Of a stretch of 64,000 bases of DNA, positions 40,382 to 50,595 are shown piece after piece. Origin of the DNA: Candidatus Cloacimonadales bacterium (GTDB lineage: Bacteria; Cloacimonadota; Cloacimonadia; Cloacimonadales; JAFGVF01); NCBI GenBank assembly GCA_963663475.2, contig CAXXJV010000001.1, forward strand, positions 1,824,001 to 1,888,000. Reading direction: 5' to 3'. The notes beneath the pieces were generated by a model that saw nothing but the letters and a program-made list of their open reading frames with translations, was not told where the DNA came from and ran no database searches. Within the stretch, counting starts at the first letter, position 1. Each line of letters opens with the position of its first letter. A program made the translations under genes and the position numbers.

Positions 40382-41486
40382 TGTTTTCTTGTTTCCTTTG
40401 CATAATTTCCTTGTTTGAGCTCATTAAGAGAGCAATATCTTTTGATTTCCTTGAAGATTCTAAGGCAATTTTAACAGTCATAGTTAGCGGTACAGCTAGC
40501 AACATTCCAGCAAAACCAAAGACCCAGCCCCAGAACAACAAGGAAATAAACACAACAATAGTTGATAGTCCTAAAGAATAACCCATAATTCTAGGCTCTA
40601 AGATATTTCCAATGAGAATATTAGTTACTAGATAACCTAAGGCTACTAATCCTGCATAAGCAGGGCCTAGTTGAACAAGGGCAATTACAATAGCAGGAAG
40701 AGAAGCAATTATCGAACCTATAGTTGGAATAAAGTTGAGTAAAAAGGCAATTAGTCCCCATAGGAGAGGAAAGTCTAAACCTAGAATTGAAACCCAAAGT
40801 GTAATAATAAAGCCTGTCGCGAGACTTATAAGGGTCTTGAATCCTATATATCTTCTTAAGCTGTGCATAAATTTATCAACTGATCTTTTAGTTTCTGGGT
40901 TAGCTTTAGAAAGGATATTTAGCTTATATCTAAAGCTACCTGTTTCTAAGAGCATAAAAATCATAGCAATGAGAATTAAAAAGATATTTTTAAAAATATT
41001 CTGAAGACTACCAAGGATAAAACGCGACCAGTTCATTAGGGTTGTTGGTGAAATATAACTGGCAATTTTTAAGGTAATATCACTAAGTGTAACTCCTGCT
41101 ATTTCTGTAGAATCACCATAATCTTGCTCTGAATGGTCAATAAAAGTTTGATTATACCACTCTGTTAAGTTTTTCTCGTAAAGACCAGTTTTTTGGGTAA
41201 ATTCATTTATGGAGTTTCCCACAACAGTTCCAATTAAGGCTATAATACCTATAACAGCAACAACAACAATAATCAGGGATAAAGCTTTAGGTAGTTTTTT
41301 TTTGATTAGCCATTCCATAGGATAAGCAACCACTGTTGCCAAAAATAGGGCTAGAATAAAGGGGACTAGGATAGTTTGTGCCTGTTGCATGCCATAAATT
41401 AACACAACTATAGCAATAACACTTATAAAACCCTTAATTCTTGATAGTTGATAAGAAATCTCGTTTCTCAAGTTGCCTCCGGACAA
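40374..41486 (-). CDS. AI-2E family transporter
   Basis: LNFIPTIGS, GNILEPR, FWGWVFG..GMLLAVP. Confidence 0.9.
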   Translation of the reverse strand: MSGGNLRNEISYQLSRIKGFISVIAIVVLIYGMQQAQTILVPFILALFLATVVAYPMEWLIKKKLPKALSLIIVVVAVIGIIALIGTVVGNSINEFTQKTGLYEKNLTEWYNQTFIDHSEQDYGDSTEIAGVTLSDITLKIASYISPTTLMNWSRFILGSLQNIFKNIFLILIAMIFMLLETGSFRYKLNILSKANPETKRSVDKFMHSLRRYIGFKTLISLATGFIITLWVSILGLDFPLLWGLIAFLLNFIPTIGSIIASLPAIVIALVQLGPAYAGLVALGYLVTNILIGNILEPRIMGYSLGLSTIVVFISLLFWGWVFGFAGMLLAVPLTMTVKIALESSRKSKDIALLMSSNKEIMQRKQENNG

Positions 41487-41590
41487 GTTTTTATTATTAT
41501 TACAAACCCTAGTTTTTAGTCAAGAAAAACCTTAAAAAGACAGATCAAAAAAACTTAGATTATGCAGTGAGCACTAAAGGGAAGCTAAGA

Positions 41591-44500
41591 CTAGAGGAGG
41601 GCATTTTGAACTATTTCAAGCAAAGCAGATTTTTTGTAGGGCTTACCTAGATAGTAGTTACAGCCTTCGGCTAGTATTCTATCTTTATCTCCAATCATAG
41701 TGTAACCTGTAACTGCTATAATTGGAGTTGTAATATTTTTGGAGTTTTGCTTTATAATTCTAGTGGCTGTCAGTCCATCAATTCCTTCTCCCAAATGAAT
41801 ATCCATAAGAATAACATCATATTTTTTCTTTTCTGCAAGTAGAACAGCAACTTCACCACAGTTAGCTAGGTCAGTATTATAGTATTCTTTTAAGATAGAG
41901 ATAACTAATTTTTGATTGATAGTGTTATCTTCTACTATTAGGATTTTAGCTTTATCTTGGTTAGAAGAGAATGATTCGATTTCTTTTATTTTAGGTATAT
42001 CTGTGAAGTCTGATAAATCAGCTTCTTTAAGAGGAAGTTTGATTGTGAAGGTAGAGCCAGCTAGAATTTGGCTTTCAACATTAATTTGGCCATTCATAAG
42101 ATCAATTATTTTTTTAGCTATTGTTAAACCTAAACCTACGCCTTCATATGCTCTATTATAGCCTTCACTAGCCTGTCTAAATTCTGAGAAAATCAATTTG
42201 AGTGATTCGTTAGGAATACCAATACCAGTGTCTATAATTTGAATTTCAATGTTATTATCTTTACTTGAACAGAGGAGTTGAACACCGCCTTTTTGGGTAA
42301 ATTTGAGGGCATTGTTGAGTAGGTGAGTGAGGGCTTGATTTATTAGATTATCATCTGCTTTAGCATATAGGTTAGGTTGTATTTCAGCGTAGAAAGTTAA
42401 ATTTTTATCAGTGAAGAGGACTTGGAAAATATTGGCTAATTCATGTAAGATATTAGAGATATTGCAAGTTTTAAAGTTCTGTAATTTCTTACTATTAATA
42501 GTTTCAAGTTGTGTTAAGAGCATTATAGAATCGAGAACATTATTGAGTCTTATAGCAGATGAATGAATCATTCCAGCCATATTCCCGCTTTCGAAATCAC
42601 TACTTTTTTGCTGAAGTATTTCTGAGAAACCAACTATACCGTTCAGAGGAGTTCTGAACTCATGACTAATATTTTTAAGGAGGTTAGATTTGAGTTTATC
42701 AGAATTTTGAGCTTTTTCTCTTTCACTTCTTAGGGCTTTTTCTAAATCGGCTCTGTTTTTAATATTAACTAAAATTTCAGCAAAAATAGAAAGAACAGTT
42801 TTTTCAGCTTCTGAGTACTTGTATTTTGATTTAACAGAATCAAGTCCAATAAATCCAATACAGGAACCATTGTTCATTAGTGGAATGGAAATAAGACTTT
42901 TAATACCTTGGGCACCCAGCATTTTTTGGACATTAGGATAGTCTGTCAAAAGGGCTAAGTCTTCAATAAAGATGCTTTTCCCTTGCTTGTGTTGTCCTGG
43001 CCAGTATTCCATTAATTCCAAGGGGACAGCTTGAAGGTTCTCAATTTGTGGGCTAATATCCTGGCCAACCCATTCATAGGTATTTATAGAAATCTGCTTT
43101 TCCCAATCATAGTCAAAGATATAGGCTCTGTCAGCATGGAAGAAGTTGGCTAATTTAGCTAAGGTATCATTAACCGCTATATCAATATCTTGAGTAGGAA
43201 TATTGATAAAATCAACGGCAATAGAGCTAAGAAGTGTTTGCAGGAGGACTTGTCTTTCAAGTGCTTTCTCAGCCTTGTATTGTTTGGTAATATCTCTAAT
43301 GTTTGCAATAATTCCAGAAGGTTTACCATTCTTATCACGTAAGAACTTAGAGTGAATAGAAGTTAGGACTATTTTTCTTTCTTTATCGAATAAAGCCAGG
43401 GTGTTAATATTACTTCTATTTTTGTTTGGACTGTCAATATCAATTTTAAGTTCTTCAGCAATAGCCTTTTTAATTTCTGTGACAGCTAAAGGTGTGTATC
43501 TATCTCCAACAGGGAGTTTTAGATATTCTTCAGGAGTAAAACCTGTTAATTTTTCTATAGAAGGGCTAACGTAAGTTATATTGAAATTGAAGTCAGCAGT
43601 AAAAACAACATCAGTCATATTATCAGTAATCCTTTGCAAATACTCTTCTCTTTCTTCATGTTCTCTGTATAAACTTTGGAGTTTTATTTTGGAGTGGGCT
43701 AAATCCGTGATGATTTGGAGAAAGTCACTATAGAATTTTGCAATAGACATTATTTCTTTTCTATTAAGTTTAGGAACTTTTTCTAAGGCGGTAAGATATT
43801 CTTCTTCATTATAGCCATAATCATGAGCTTGTTGGCGAAAAATGTCTTTATTGATTTCTTCATCTTCGAAGAAAAACTGTCCTATGAAGAGATTAGCAAT
43901 GTGTTGATCAGCAACAATAATAGGAGTTACTAAATCATTCATATTGTTAAGACATCTATAGGTTCTGCTTTCACCCTTTTGCAAGCCTGTGGTTAAAATA
44001 CGGTCACTTTCGATACATTTTGCTTGTGTGGAGGGATTAGCCCTATGAAATTTACCGCAAATATCTGTCATTCCAATAGAGGAAATAATATTGCCTTGCA
44101 AATCAACAATTCCAATGGGGGTCTTGTTGAAAGAATAAAATATTTCCATAAGTCTAGTTAATTCTTCTAAATTAACCAGGTCTTGGATTTTGAGAGTTTT
44201 TATATTGAAAGTATCGGTAACTTGTGAACTAGCTTTATTTGTAATGTTTTCAGTTTGCTTTAGCACTTTGAAATGAGCTACAATCCCTTGAATATCTTCT
44301 GAGTTAAGACAATTTTGGCCAGTTATTTCAACATCAAGGTAATATCCTACAGAAGTTTTGAGTCTGCTGTTTATCCTAGACTGACCATTGGCTTTTTCTT
44401 TTAGTTTAGTAAATGCTTGAGTCACTTTAGCCAAATCATCAGGATGTATGACTTCTAGAGGGTGAAGGTTCAGAGTCTTATCAGGAGCATACCCAAGTAT

Positions 44501-44974
44501 TTCTTTAAGTTTTGGACTTGAAAAAATAGGGTTAATATCTTTATCAAGAACACATAAACCTTCGAAAGAGTTTTTAATCAGGGGAGAGTATTTTTCAAAT
44601 TTATTTTGTAGGCTGATTAGATTATTAGTGAGGTGAGGATTGGTAATAATCTGGATTTTAGCTTGATTATTATTTGTGGGTGTAAAGTTTAATTCAACAT
44701 AGTTATCAGATTCATGAAGGTATATTTTTTCTCTTATTTTTGTTTTTTTCTTAGCTAAGCAAGAATATTTATGGACTTGGTTAGAAGAAAGAATTTCATT
44801 AATCATAAGCAGTAAGGATTGGGGAAGAGATTGGCTATCTAGTTCATTTATTATATCGGTGTTTTGATAAAATTCACAAATGGACAATATCTCATATCCA
44901 CATGAAGTTTTGCAACTTTCAGAAAATTCGATATTTACGGCATAGCACTTACTAGTTTCGTCATTCTTTATCAT
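41591..44974 (-). CDS. Hybrid sensor kinase PAS-PocR-PAS-GAF-HisKA-HATPase-REC
   Basis: IHPDD PAS; PocR C...FHR...C.ESD...YRC; SHEFRTPLNG; NALKFT, DTGIGI; REC VEDN...LMDI...KP. Confidence 0.9.
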   Translation of the reverse strand: MIKNDETSKCYAVNIEFSESCKTSCGYEILSICEFYQNTDIINELDSQSLPQSLLLMINEILSSNQVHKYSCLAKKKTKIREKIYLHESDNYVELNFTPTNNNQAKIQIITNPHLTNNLISLQNKFEKYSPLIKNSFEGLCVLDKDINPIFSSPKLKEILGYAPDKTLNLHPLEVIHPDDLAKVTQAFTKLKEKANGQSRINSRLKTSVGYYLDVEITGQNCLNSEDIQGIVAHFKVLKQTENITNKASSQVTDTFNIKTLKIQDLVNLEELTRLMEIFYSFNKTPIGIVDLQGNIISSIGMTDICGKFHRANPSTQAKCIESDRILTTGLQKGESRTYRCLNNMNDLVTPIIVADQHIANLFIGQFFFEDEEINKDIFRQQAHDYGYNEEEYLTALEKVPKLNRKEIMSIAKFYSDFLQIITDLAHSKIKLQSLYREHEEREEYLQRITDNMTDVVFTADFNFNITYVSPSIEKLTGFTPEEYLKLPVGDRYTPLAVTEIKKAIAEELKIDIDSPNKNRSNINTLALFDKERKIVLTSIHSKFLRDKNGKPSGIIANIRDITKQYKAEKALERQVLLQTLLSSIAVDFINIPTQDIDIAVNDTLAKLANFFHADRAYIFDYDWEKQISINTYEWVGQDISPQIENLQAVPLELMEYWPGQHKQGKSIFIEDLALLTDYPNVQKMLGAQGIKSLISIPLMNNGSCIGFIGLDSVKSKYKYSEAEKTVLSIFAEILVNIKNRADLEKALRSEREKAQNSDKLKSNLLKNISHEFRTPLNGIVGFSEILQQKSSDFESGNMAGMIHSSAIRLNNVLDSIMLLTQLETINSKKLQNFKTCNISNILHELANIFQVLFTDKNLTFYAEIQPNLYAKADDNLINQALTHLLNNALKFTQKGGVQLLCSSKDNNIEIQIIDTGIGIPNESLKLIFSEFRQASEGYNRAYEGVGLGLTIAKKIIDLMNGQINVESQILAGSTFTIKLPLKEADLSDFTDIPKIKEIESFSSNQDKAKILIVEDNTINQKLVISILKEYYNTDLANCGEVAVLLAEKKKYDVILMDIHLGEGIDGLTATRIIKQNSKNITTPIIAVTGYTMIGDKDRILAEGCNYYLGKPYKKSALLEIVQNALL

Positions 44975-45165
44975 TTTATAACCTTTATATTTTACTTAGC
45001 TAAGTAGAAAGCAGTTTTCATTTAAACATTATGTATTATTCAAGTGCTTTATAAAAAAGCAAGACTTCCAGCCAACAACCCCACAAAACTGATGTTATTA
45101 TGAGAATCAATCTAATCAATGTCAATAAAAAAAAGCTAATTATCAATAATTTTATAATTTGTAAA

Positions 45166-48100
45166 TTATTGAGAAACCTTATGTAAGGATAAAGCAATTA
45201 TATCAAGCAATTCTTGCTTGCTATATGGTTTACTAATATAGTGACTACATCCTTGCTTTAATATGTGCTCTTTATCTCCTAGCATAGTATAACCAGTTAC
45301 TGCAATAATGGGTGTTTTAGCATAGCGAAGATCGTTTCTGATAATCTTAGTAGTTTGCAATCCGTCTAGTCCTTCTCCTAAATGAATATCCATTAAAACA
45401 AGGTCATATTGCTTTTCAGCTATCATCTTAATAGCTGATTCTCCGTCAAAGACTGCATCTACATCATAATTATCTTTGAGAACTGAGATAGCTAGTTTTT
45501 GATTTATTTTATTATCTTCTACTATTAAAATTGAAGCTAGGTTATTACTTGTTTTTTTATCTTTCTTTTCTTCAGCTTTATTGGCTATAGTCGTAAGGTT
45601 GTTATCATGATTAGTCTCAGAAATAGTATCGATAGGTAGGCTGATAATAAACTCTGCTCCTTTTTCAAACTCACTTATCAATGATATAGATCCTTTCATA
45701 AGTTCGATTGCCTTCTTGGCTATAGGTAACCCTAAACCACAACCTTCATAGGCCCGGTTGAGTCCTTCACTTACTTGGCGAAAATCGCTAAAGATTATTT
45801 CTTGAGACTCTACTGGTATCCCAATACCTGAATCTTTTATATGGAGTAAAATTTTACTTCTGTCTTGAGAAATTTGAGTAGAAATCTTAATAAAGCCTTC
45901 TTTTGTATATTTAATAGCATTGTTTATGATATGAACAATAGCTTGTTTAAACAAATTTTCATTAATCTTGGTATTTATATTTGGATGGATATCAAGTATG
46001 AAATCAAGCCCTTTTTGTTCTACTTGACTGCGATACTGGTTAGCCAAAGTCATTAGGATACTACTTAGATTAATTAGTTCAAGGCTAATGAATTCTTTCT
46101 CAGAAAGAGATTCTAATTGGGAAAGAAGCATAATAGAATCTAAAACATAGTTAAGCCTGATTCCTGATGTATATATCATACTAGCCATTTTTTTATTTTC
46201 AGAAGCTAGGGCCTTAGTTTGAAGTAATTCTGATAGACCTATAATACCATTCAGAGGAGTTCTAAATTCATGACTAATATTTTTTAAAAGATTTGATTTC
46301 AATCTATCTGATTCAGTAGCTCTTTCTTTCTCTTTTTTCAATGCTTCTGTCATTTTTATTCTGTTTCTAATATTTACTAACAAATTAGCAAAGACTTTTA
46401 AAACAGTAATATCATCCTCTGAATAGTGATGAATCTTCCTTACTGAATCAAAACCAACGAAACCAACACATTCATTCTTATCCATTAAAGGTACCGATAT
46501 CAAACTCTTAATATTTTGCTTTATAAGAAAATCTCGACGACTATCATTTTTAGCAAGTGCTAGAACCTCAGGAATTGAGATAATTTCGCCTCTGTGGTGC
46601 TTTTCATTCCACTCTTTCATCATATCAACAGGAACATTTTGAAGATTATCTATTTGAGGAGATATTCCTTCTCTACACCATTCATAAGTATTACTTGTAG
46701 TTCTCTTATCCCAATCATATTTGAAGATGTAAGCTCGATCTGCTTTGGCAAATTCAGCAAATTCCTCAAGAGATTTTTGAATGGAAGCTCTGATCTCTTT
46801 AAGAGGTAAATTAATATATTTCATAGCTATAGAGCTAAGCAGAGATTGCAACTGTAACTGATTATTTAACTGAGCTTCTATTGCTTTTCTATGTGAAATA
46901 TCTCTAGCCGAGCCTATAATTGCCAGTGGTTTATTATCTTTATCTAATAATAATTTGGCATGTACAGACATATCTATCAAGTCATTGTTCACGTTATACT
47001 CTTGCATCTCAAAGAGAATATCTTCATGTTGGTCAGGTCCTTTAGCAAGTTCATCTTGCAAGAGACTGTTTATCTTATTGATAGTATCTTGAGGAAAGCG
47101 TTGACTAGGACTCCGTTTCATATATTCTTCTGGTGTTAAGCCATTCATTTTTTGGATAGAAGGGCTCACATACAAGACTTTGAAATTAAGATCATTTATG
47201 AAAATCACATCAGTCATATTGTCTGTAATTTGAGCTAATTTCTCTTCTCTGAGTTTTAGTTGGTGGGCTGTTCTAGCTTGTTTTATTTGAGCATAAGAAA
47301 GAGCTGTGATCTTACTAAGTAAATCTCGATAATAGGTAGCAACCTTTATCAAACGGTCTTTATCAATAACGGGCAATTGAAAGTAGCTTTCGATGTATTT
47401 TTCTTTGTCGAATTTATGTAAGTTAGCTGTTTGCCTTAAATCAATTTCACTAAGAGCATATTCATCAGATAATCTAAACTGGCAAATGTCAAGTGTAGCA
47501 ATTTGTTGACCTCCAACATACACAGGACTAGCAAAATTCCAGATATTATTTTTACACTTATATATTTTACTTTCACCCAATTTTAGATTATTTGAGATAT
47601 CTTGATTACTTTCCCTGCAGAGAAGTCGAGACCCTGCTTTTGCCAAATGGTAATTTCTGCATAAAGTAGAAGTCCCTAAAGAAAAAATAACAGAGCCTTG
47701 TCTATCGAGAAGGGTTATTGGAATATTAGTAAAATCATTAATTGTTTGGAAGAGATCTCTCAATTCATCTATGTTTACTAGGTCTGAGAGTTCTAAATCT
47801 GCTAAATTACCCTCAGGTGAAACTATAGCATCTAGCTTTCTTTGAATATCTTTTTTGCTATTTTCTAGAGTCCTTTCAGCATCTTTTAAGCTGGTAACAT
47901 CATTTACTAGGGCTAAAACTTTATGGTCATCAATGATAGAGAGTGTGCACTCGTAAAATCTATTCTCACCTAAATGGTTTTTTCTTTGGTATGTAAAATT
48001 ATCTACAGGCTTATTATCTTTTAATAAGCTAAGTCGCTTTGTCAGTTTATTAGTTATATAAGGCGGAAAAAGGGTTGAAATGTTTTTACCTATGAATTGT

Positions 48101-48978
48101 TGAGGACTAAAGGCTAACTTATCATTGTCAGGTCCTTTTATATCTAAAAAGTTTCCTTGATAATCCATAACGAAAATTAAGTTAGGAATGGCATTGAAAA
48201 GAGAGATTAAATAATTTCTATTTTCTTGTAATTCTTGCTTAGATTTTTCAATATCAGTAATATCCTGGGCATTGATAACAAATCCTTCAATGCCAGGTAT
48301 ATCTAACATGTTCTTCATTCTAAAAGACATTAAACGGTAATTATTATCAGTATCCTTAATCCTAATCTTTGCTTTAACAATTCTATCAGGATATTTGAGC
48401 AGTTCTGTAATTGTGTTTTGGCCGATAAATATGTCATCAGGGTGAACATATTTGAATGCATTACTATCTTCTGATTCAATATCCTTGATTCCAAGTAATT
48501 TCATTGCATTCTTATTGCAATAAATGAGTTCAATATTTCTATTCACTAGCAGTAAATAATCAAAAGAATTATCAATTACTTGTAAAAAATTAGTTTGCTT
48601 GTCTTGTTCTGTCTCACTTATGGAGCTATAAGGAAGGCTAGCAAAACAAATACTAACCTGATTTTTCGCTAGAGGAGAAACTTTTACTATAAGTTGTCTG
48701 TCATAAATTTTGCAATGATGCTGGAATTCCATGTAACTATTGTTTACTGCAACATTAAAGTAGGATTTTAGTTTTCTCTGACTAAACAATTCATTTTTTA
48801 GGTCTTTACATATTAATGACTCTGTATCATCAGAAATGTTTTCTCCGATAATTTCTTCAAATCTTTTATTATTATAGAGGATTTGGAAGGAAAAATCTTT
48901 CTTGCTTATCTTAGAAATATTAATCTCACAGTATCCTATTGGCAGTGAATCAACATAGATTCTTTTGTTTTCTCTCAT
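45166..48978 (-). CDS. Hybrid sensor kinase PAS-PAS-PocR-PAS-GAF-HisKA-HATPase-REC (paralog of neighbour)
   Basis: Same domain order and shared blocks (DNMTDV, NLLKNISHEFRTPLNGI, LMDIHLGEG, IIAVTGYTM). Confidence 0.9.
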   Translation of the reverse strand: MRENKRIYVDSLPIGYCEINISKISKKDFSFQILYNNKRFEEIIGENISDDTESLICKDLKNELFSQRKLKSYFNVAVNNSYMEFQHHCKIYDRQLIVKVSPLAKNQVSICFASLPYSSISETEQDKQTNFLQVIDNSFDYLLLVNRNIELIYCNKNAMKLLGIKDIESEDSNAFKYVHPDDIFIGQNTITELLKYPDRIVKAKIRIKDTDNNYRLMSFRMKNMLDIPGIEGFVINAQDITDIEKSKQELQENRNYLISLFNAIPNLIFVMDYQGNFLDIKGPDNDKLAFSPQQFIGKNISTLFPPYITNKLTKRLSLLKDNKPVDNFTYQRKNHLGENRFYECTLSIIDDHKVLALVNDVTSLKDAERTLENSKKDIQRKLDAIVSPEGNLADLELSDLVNIDELRDLFQTINDFTNIPITLLDRQGSVIFSLGTSTLCRNYHLAKAGSRLLCRESNQDISNNLKLGESKIYKCKNNIWNFASPVYVGGQQIATLDICQFRLSDEYALSEIDLRQTANLHKFDKEKYIESYFQLPVIDKDRLIKVATYYRDLLSKITALSYAQIKQARTAHQLKLREEKLAQITDNMTDVIFINDLNFKVLYVSPSIQKMNGLTPEEYMKRSPSQRFPQDTINKINSLLQDELAKGPDQHEDILFEMQEYNVNNDLIDMSVHAKLLLDKDNKPLAIIGSARDISHRKAIEAQLNNQLQLQSLLSSIAMKYINLPLKEIRASIQKSLEEFAEFAKADRAYIFKYDWDKRTTSNTYEWCREGISPQIDNLQNVPVDMMKEWNEKHHRGEIISIPEVLALAKNDSRRDFLIKQNIKSLISVPLMDKNECVGFVGFDSVRKIHHYSEDDITVLKVFANLLVNIRNRIKMTEALKKEKERATESDRLKSNLLKNISHEFRTPLNGIIGLSELLQTKALASENKKMASMIYTSGIRLNYVLDSIMLLSQLESLSEKEFISLELINLSSILMTLANQYRSQVEQKGLDFILDIHPNINTKINENLFKQAIVHIINNAIKYTKEGFIKISTQISQDRSKILLHIKDSGIGIPVESQEIIFSDFRQVSEGLNRAYEGCGLGLPIAKKAIELMKGSISLISEFEKGAEFIISLPIDTISETNHDNNLTTIANKAEEKKDKKTSNNLASILIVEDNKINQKLAISVLKDNYDVDAVFDGESAIKMIAEKQYDLVLMDIHLGEGLDGLQTTKIIRNDLRYAKTPIIAVTGYTMLGDKEHILKQGCSHYISKPYSKQELLDIIALSLHKVSQ

Positions 48979-49365
48979 GAATAATTCCTTAGTGTGGGCC
49001 TTATTTTGCCATTGCTATTTTTCTATTTATTTTTATAGTATTTTCATTAGCTATGCTAGACGGTGGGTAGTTTATCCGCCACAATAACTGGGCTTGCCAG
49101 CATCCTTATTAATTTTTAATAATATAGGGCTCTTAAAAAAGTGCAGATTAGTCATTTCTGTTTTTTTAAGATTAGGAGTTGATTATTAACTTCATAATCT
49201 TCACTTATTATTGATTCAGCTACATTATTTAACTATAATACTATTTAACATTAAGTCTTTCTTTATGTCAAATCTTTTTTTTTATCTTTTTTTAAAAATA
49301 TTTTTTCTTTTATCTGCTAAAGCCTAAGAAAATTAGAAAAGTGGTTTTTTCTCAAGAATACTATA

Positions 49366-49448
49366 TTCATCCATTACCCTTCCTTTACAGTCTTTCGATG
49401 AAAGTCCAGGTTTCATCGAAAGACTGTAAAGGAAGGGTAATGGATGAA
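49366..49448. repeat. Family B long palindrome, copy B2 (perfect 38-bp arms)
   Basis: TTCATCCATTACCCTTCCTTTACAGTCTTTCGATGAAA-GTCCAGG-exact reverse complement. Confidence 0.9.
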
Positions 49449-49816
49449 ACAGGGGTGAAAGTGATTTTTTACAAGCTTAACTGAGGTGTCACCTTTAACT
49501 CTCAATCTTGATAAAGAGGAAGGAGGTGGTTCAGGTTTAGTTTTTTATTAAGATCAGCAAGTCTTTTCATTTGCTTTATACTTTAGCATAATTTTATCGA
49601 TAATAAAATAACATAAAGATAAGAAGTAGGAAAAATAGGCAAAATTACAAAATAAAAAGAATTTTTAAAAAACAATATAACAATACTTTAAGATATATAA
49701 ATAAAAAAATATCGAAAAAAGATTGACAGGATTTGCAGGTATTTTAATGCTGACATATCGATATTGAGATAACGAATAAACTAAATGGAATTTAAAAAAA
49801 GGGAAAGGAAGAGATT

Positions 49817-50104
49817 ATGACTATAACAGTTTGTGCAGGATCTTCATGTAGCCATAGAGGCTCTCAAAAAGTTGTGGAGTATTTAGTTAATTTTATTAGC
49901 ACTAACTCTTTGCAAGACAGATGGAAATTAAAAGCTTCTTTCTGTATGAAGGATTGTGGTGAGCACTTTTGTGTTCAAATTGATGATTATCGTCTTAAAT
50001 TCCTTCCGAATTCAGATTATAGAAGATTCTTTAAGGAACTTCTTAGAACAAATGAATTACCTAATATTGCTGGAATAACCTGGAGGAGACATGAGGTTAA
50101 ATAG
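49817..50104 (+). CDS. Small thioredoxin-like [2Fe-2S] protein (HfsA-like)
   Basis: ITVCAGSSC...ASFCMKDC. Confidence 0.85.
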   Translation: MTITVCAGSSCSHRGSQKVVEYLVNFISTNSLQDRWKLKASFCMKDCGEHFCVQIDDYRLKFLPNSDYRRFFKELLRTNELPNIAGITWRRHEVK

Positions 50105-50594
50105 TAAATCTTTAGCGGAAAAGATTATTGATAAGGATCCTAACGGATTAGTTGTTGTAGATGATGATTTAAGAATTGTGCAGTTTAACAAAGCATTTCT
50201 TTCCATATTTAACATTATGCCAACCCATAAAATTATTGGTGAAAATGTTAATGATATTTTAATGCAGGAAATATTTCCTAATGGCGATATTAGCAAGGAT
50301 AATGGCGCAATCAAGCATCATCATAGAACAGGTAAGTTTGTGAAAGCAGTTACTTTTAGAATAGATGATGAAGACTTATCTGCTTGTTTCTTTGTTAATA
50401 TTACAGACTCATTTCATAATAAAAGAAAACTCCAGTTGATGAAAACTGAGACTATAAAGAAGGCGCAAGCTGTTATTGATAATCAAATGAGAGTTGCTCA
50501 GGAAATAGCTAGTTTATTGGGAGAGACAACTGCTGAGTCTAAAGTAACTTTACTTCAACTTATGGATATTCTTAAAGAAGAAGGGGAGATGTAA
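50091..50594 (+). CDS. PAS-domain protein matching the C-terminal part of HydS/HfsB sensory hydrogenases
   Basis: PNGLVVVDDDLRIVQFNKAF PAS; tail VIDNQMRVAQEIASLLGETTAESK; own RBS GGAGG. Confidence 0.8.
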   Translation: MRLNSKSLAEKIIDKDPNGLVVVDDDLRIVQFNKAFLSIFNIMPTHKIIGENVNDILMQEIFPNGDISKDNGAIKHHHRTGKFVKAVTFRIDDEDLSACFFVNITDSFHNKRKLQLMKTETIKKAQAVIDNQMRVAQEIASLLGETTAESKVTLLQLMDILKEEGEM

Positions 50595-50595
50595 G

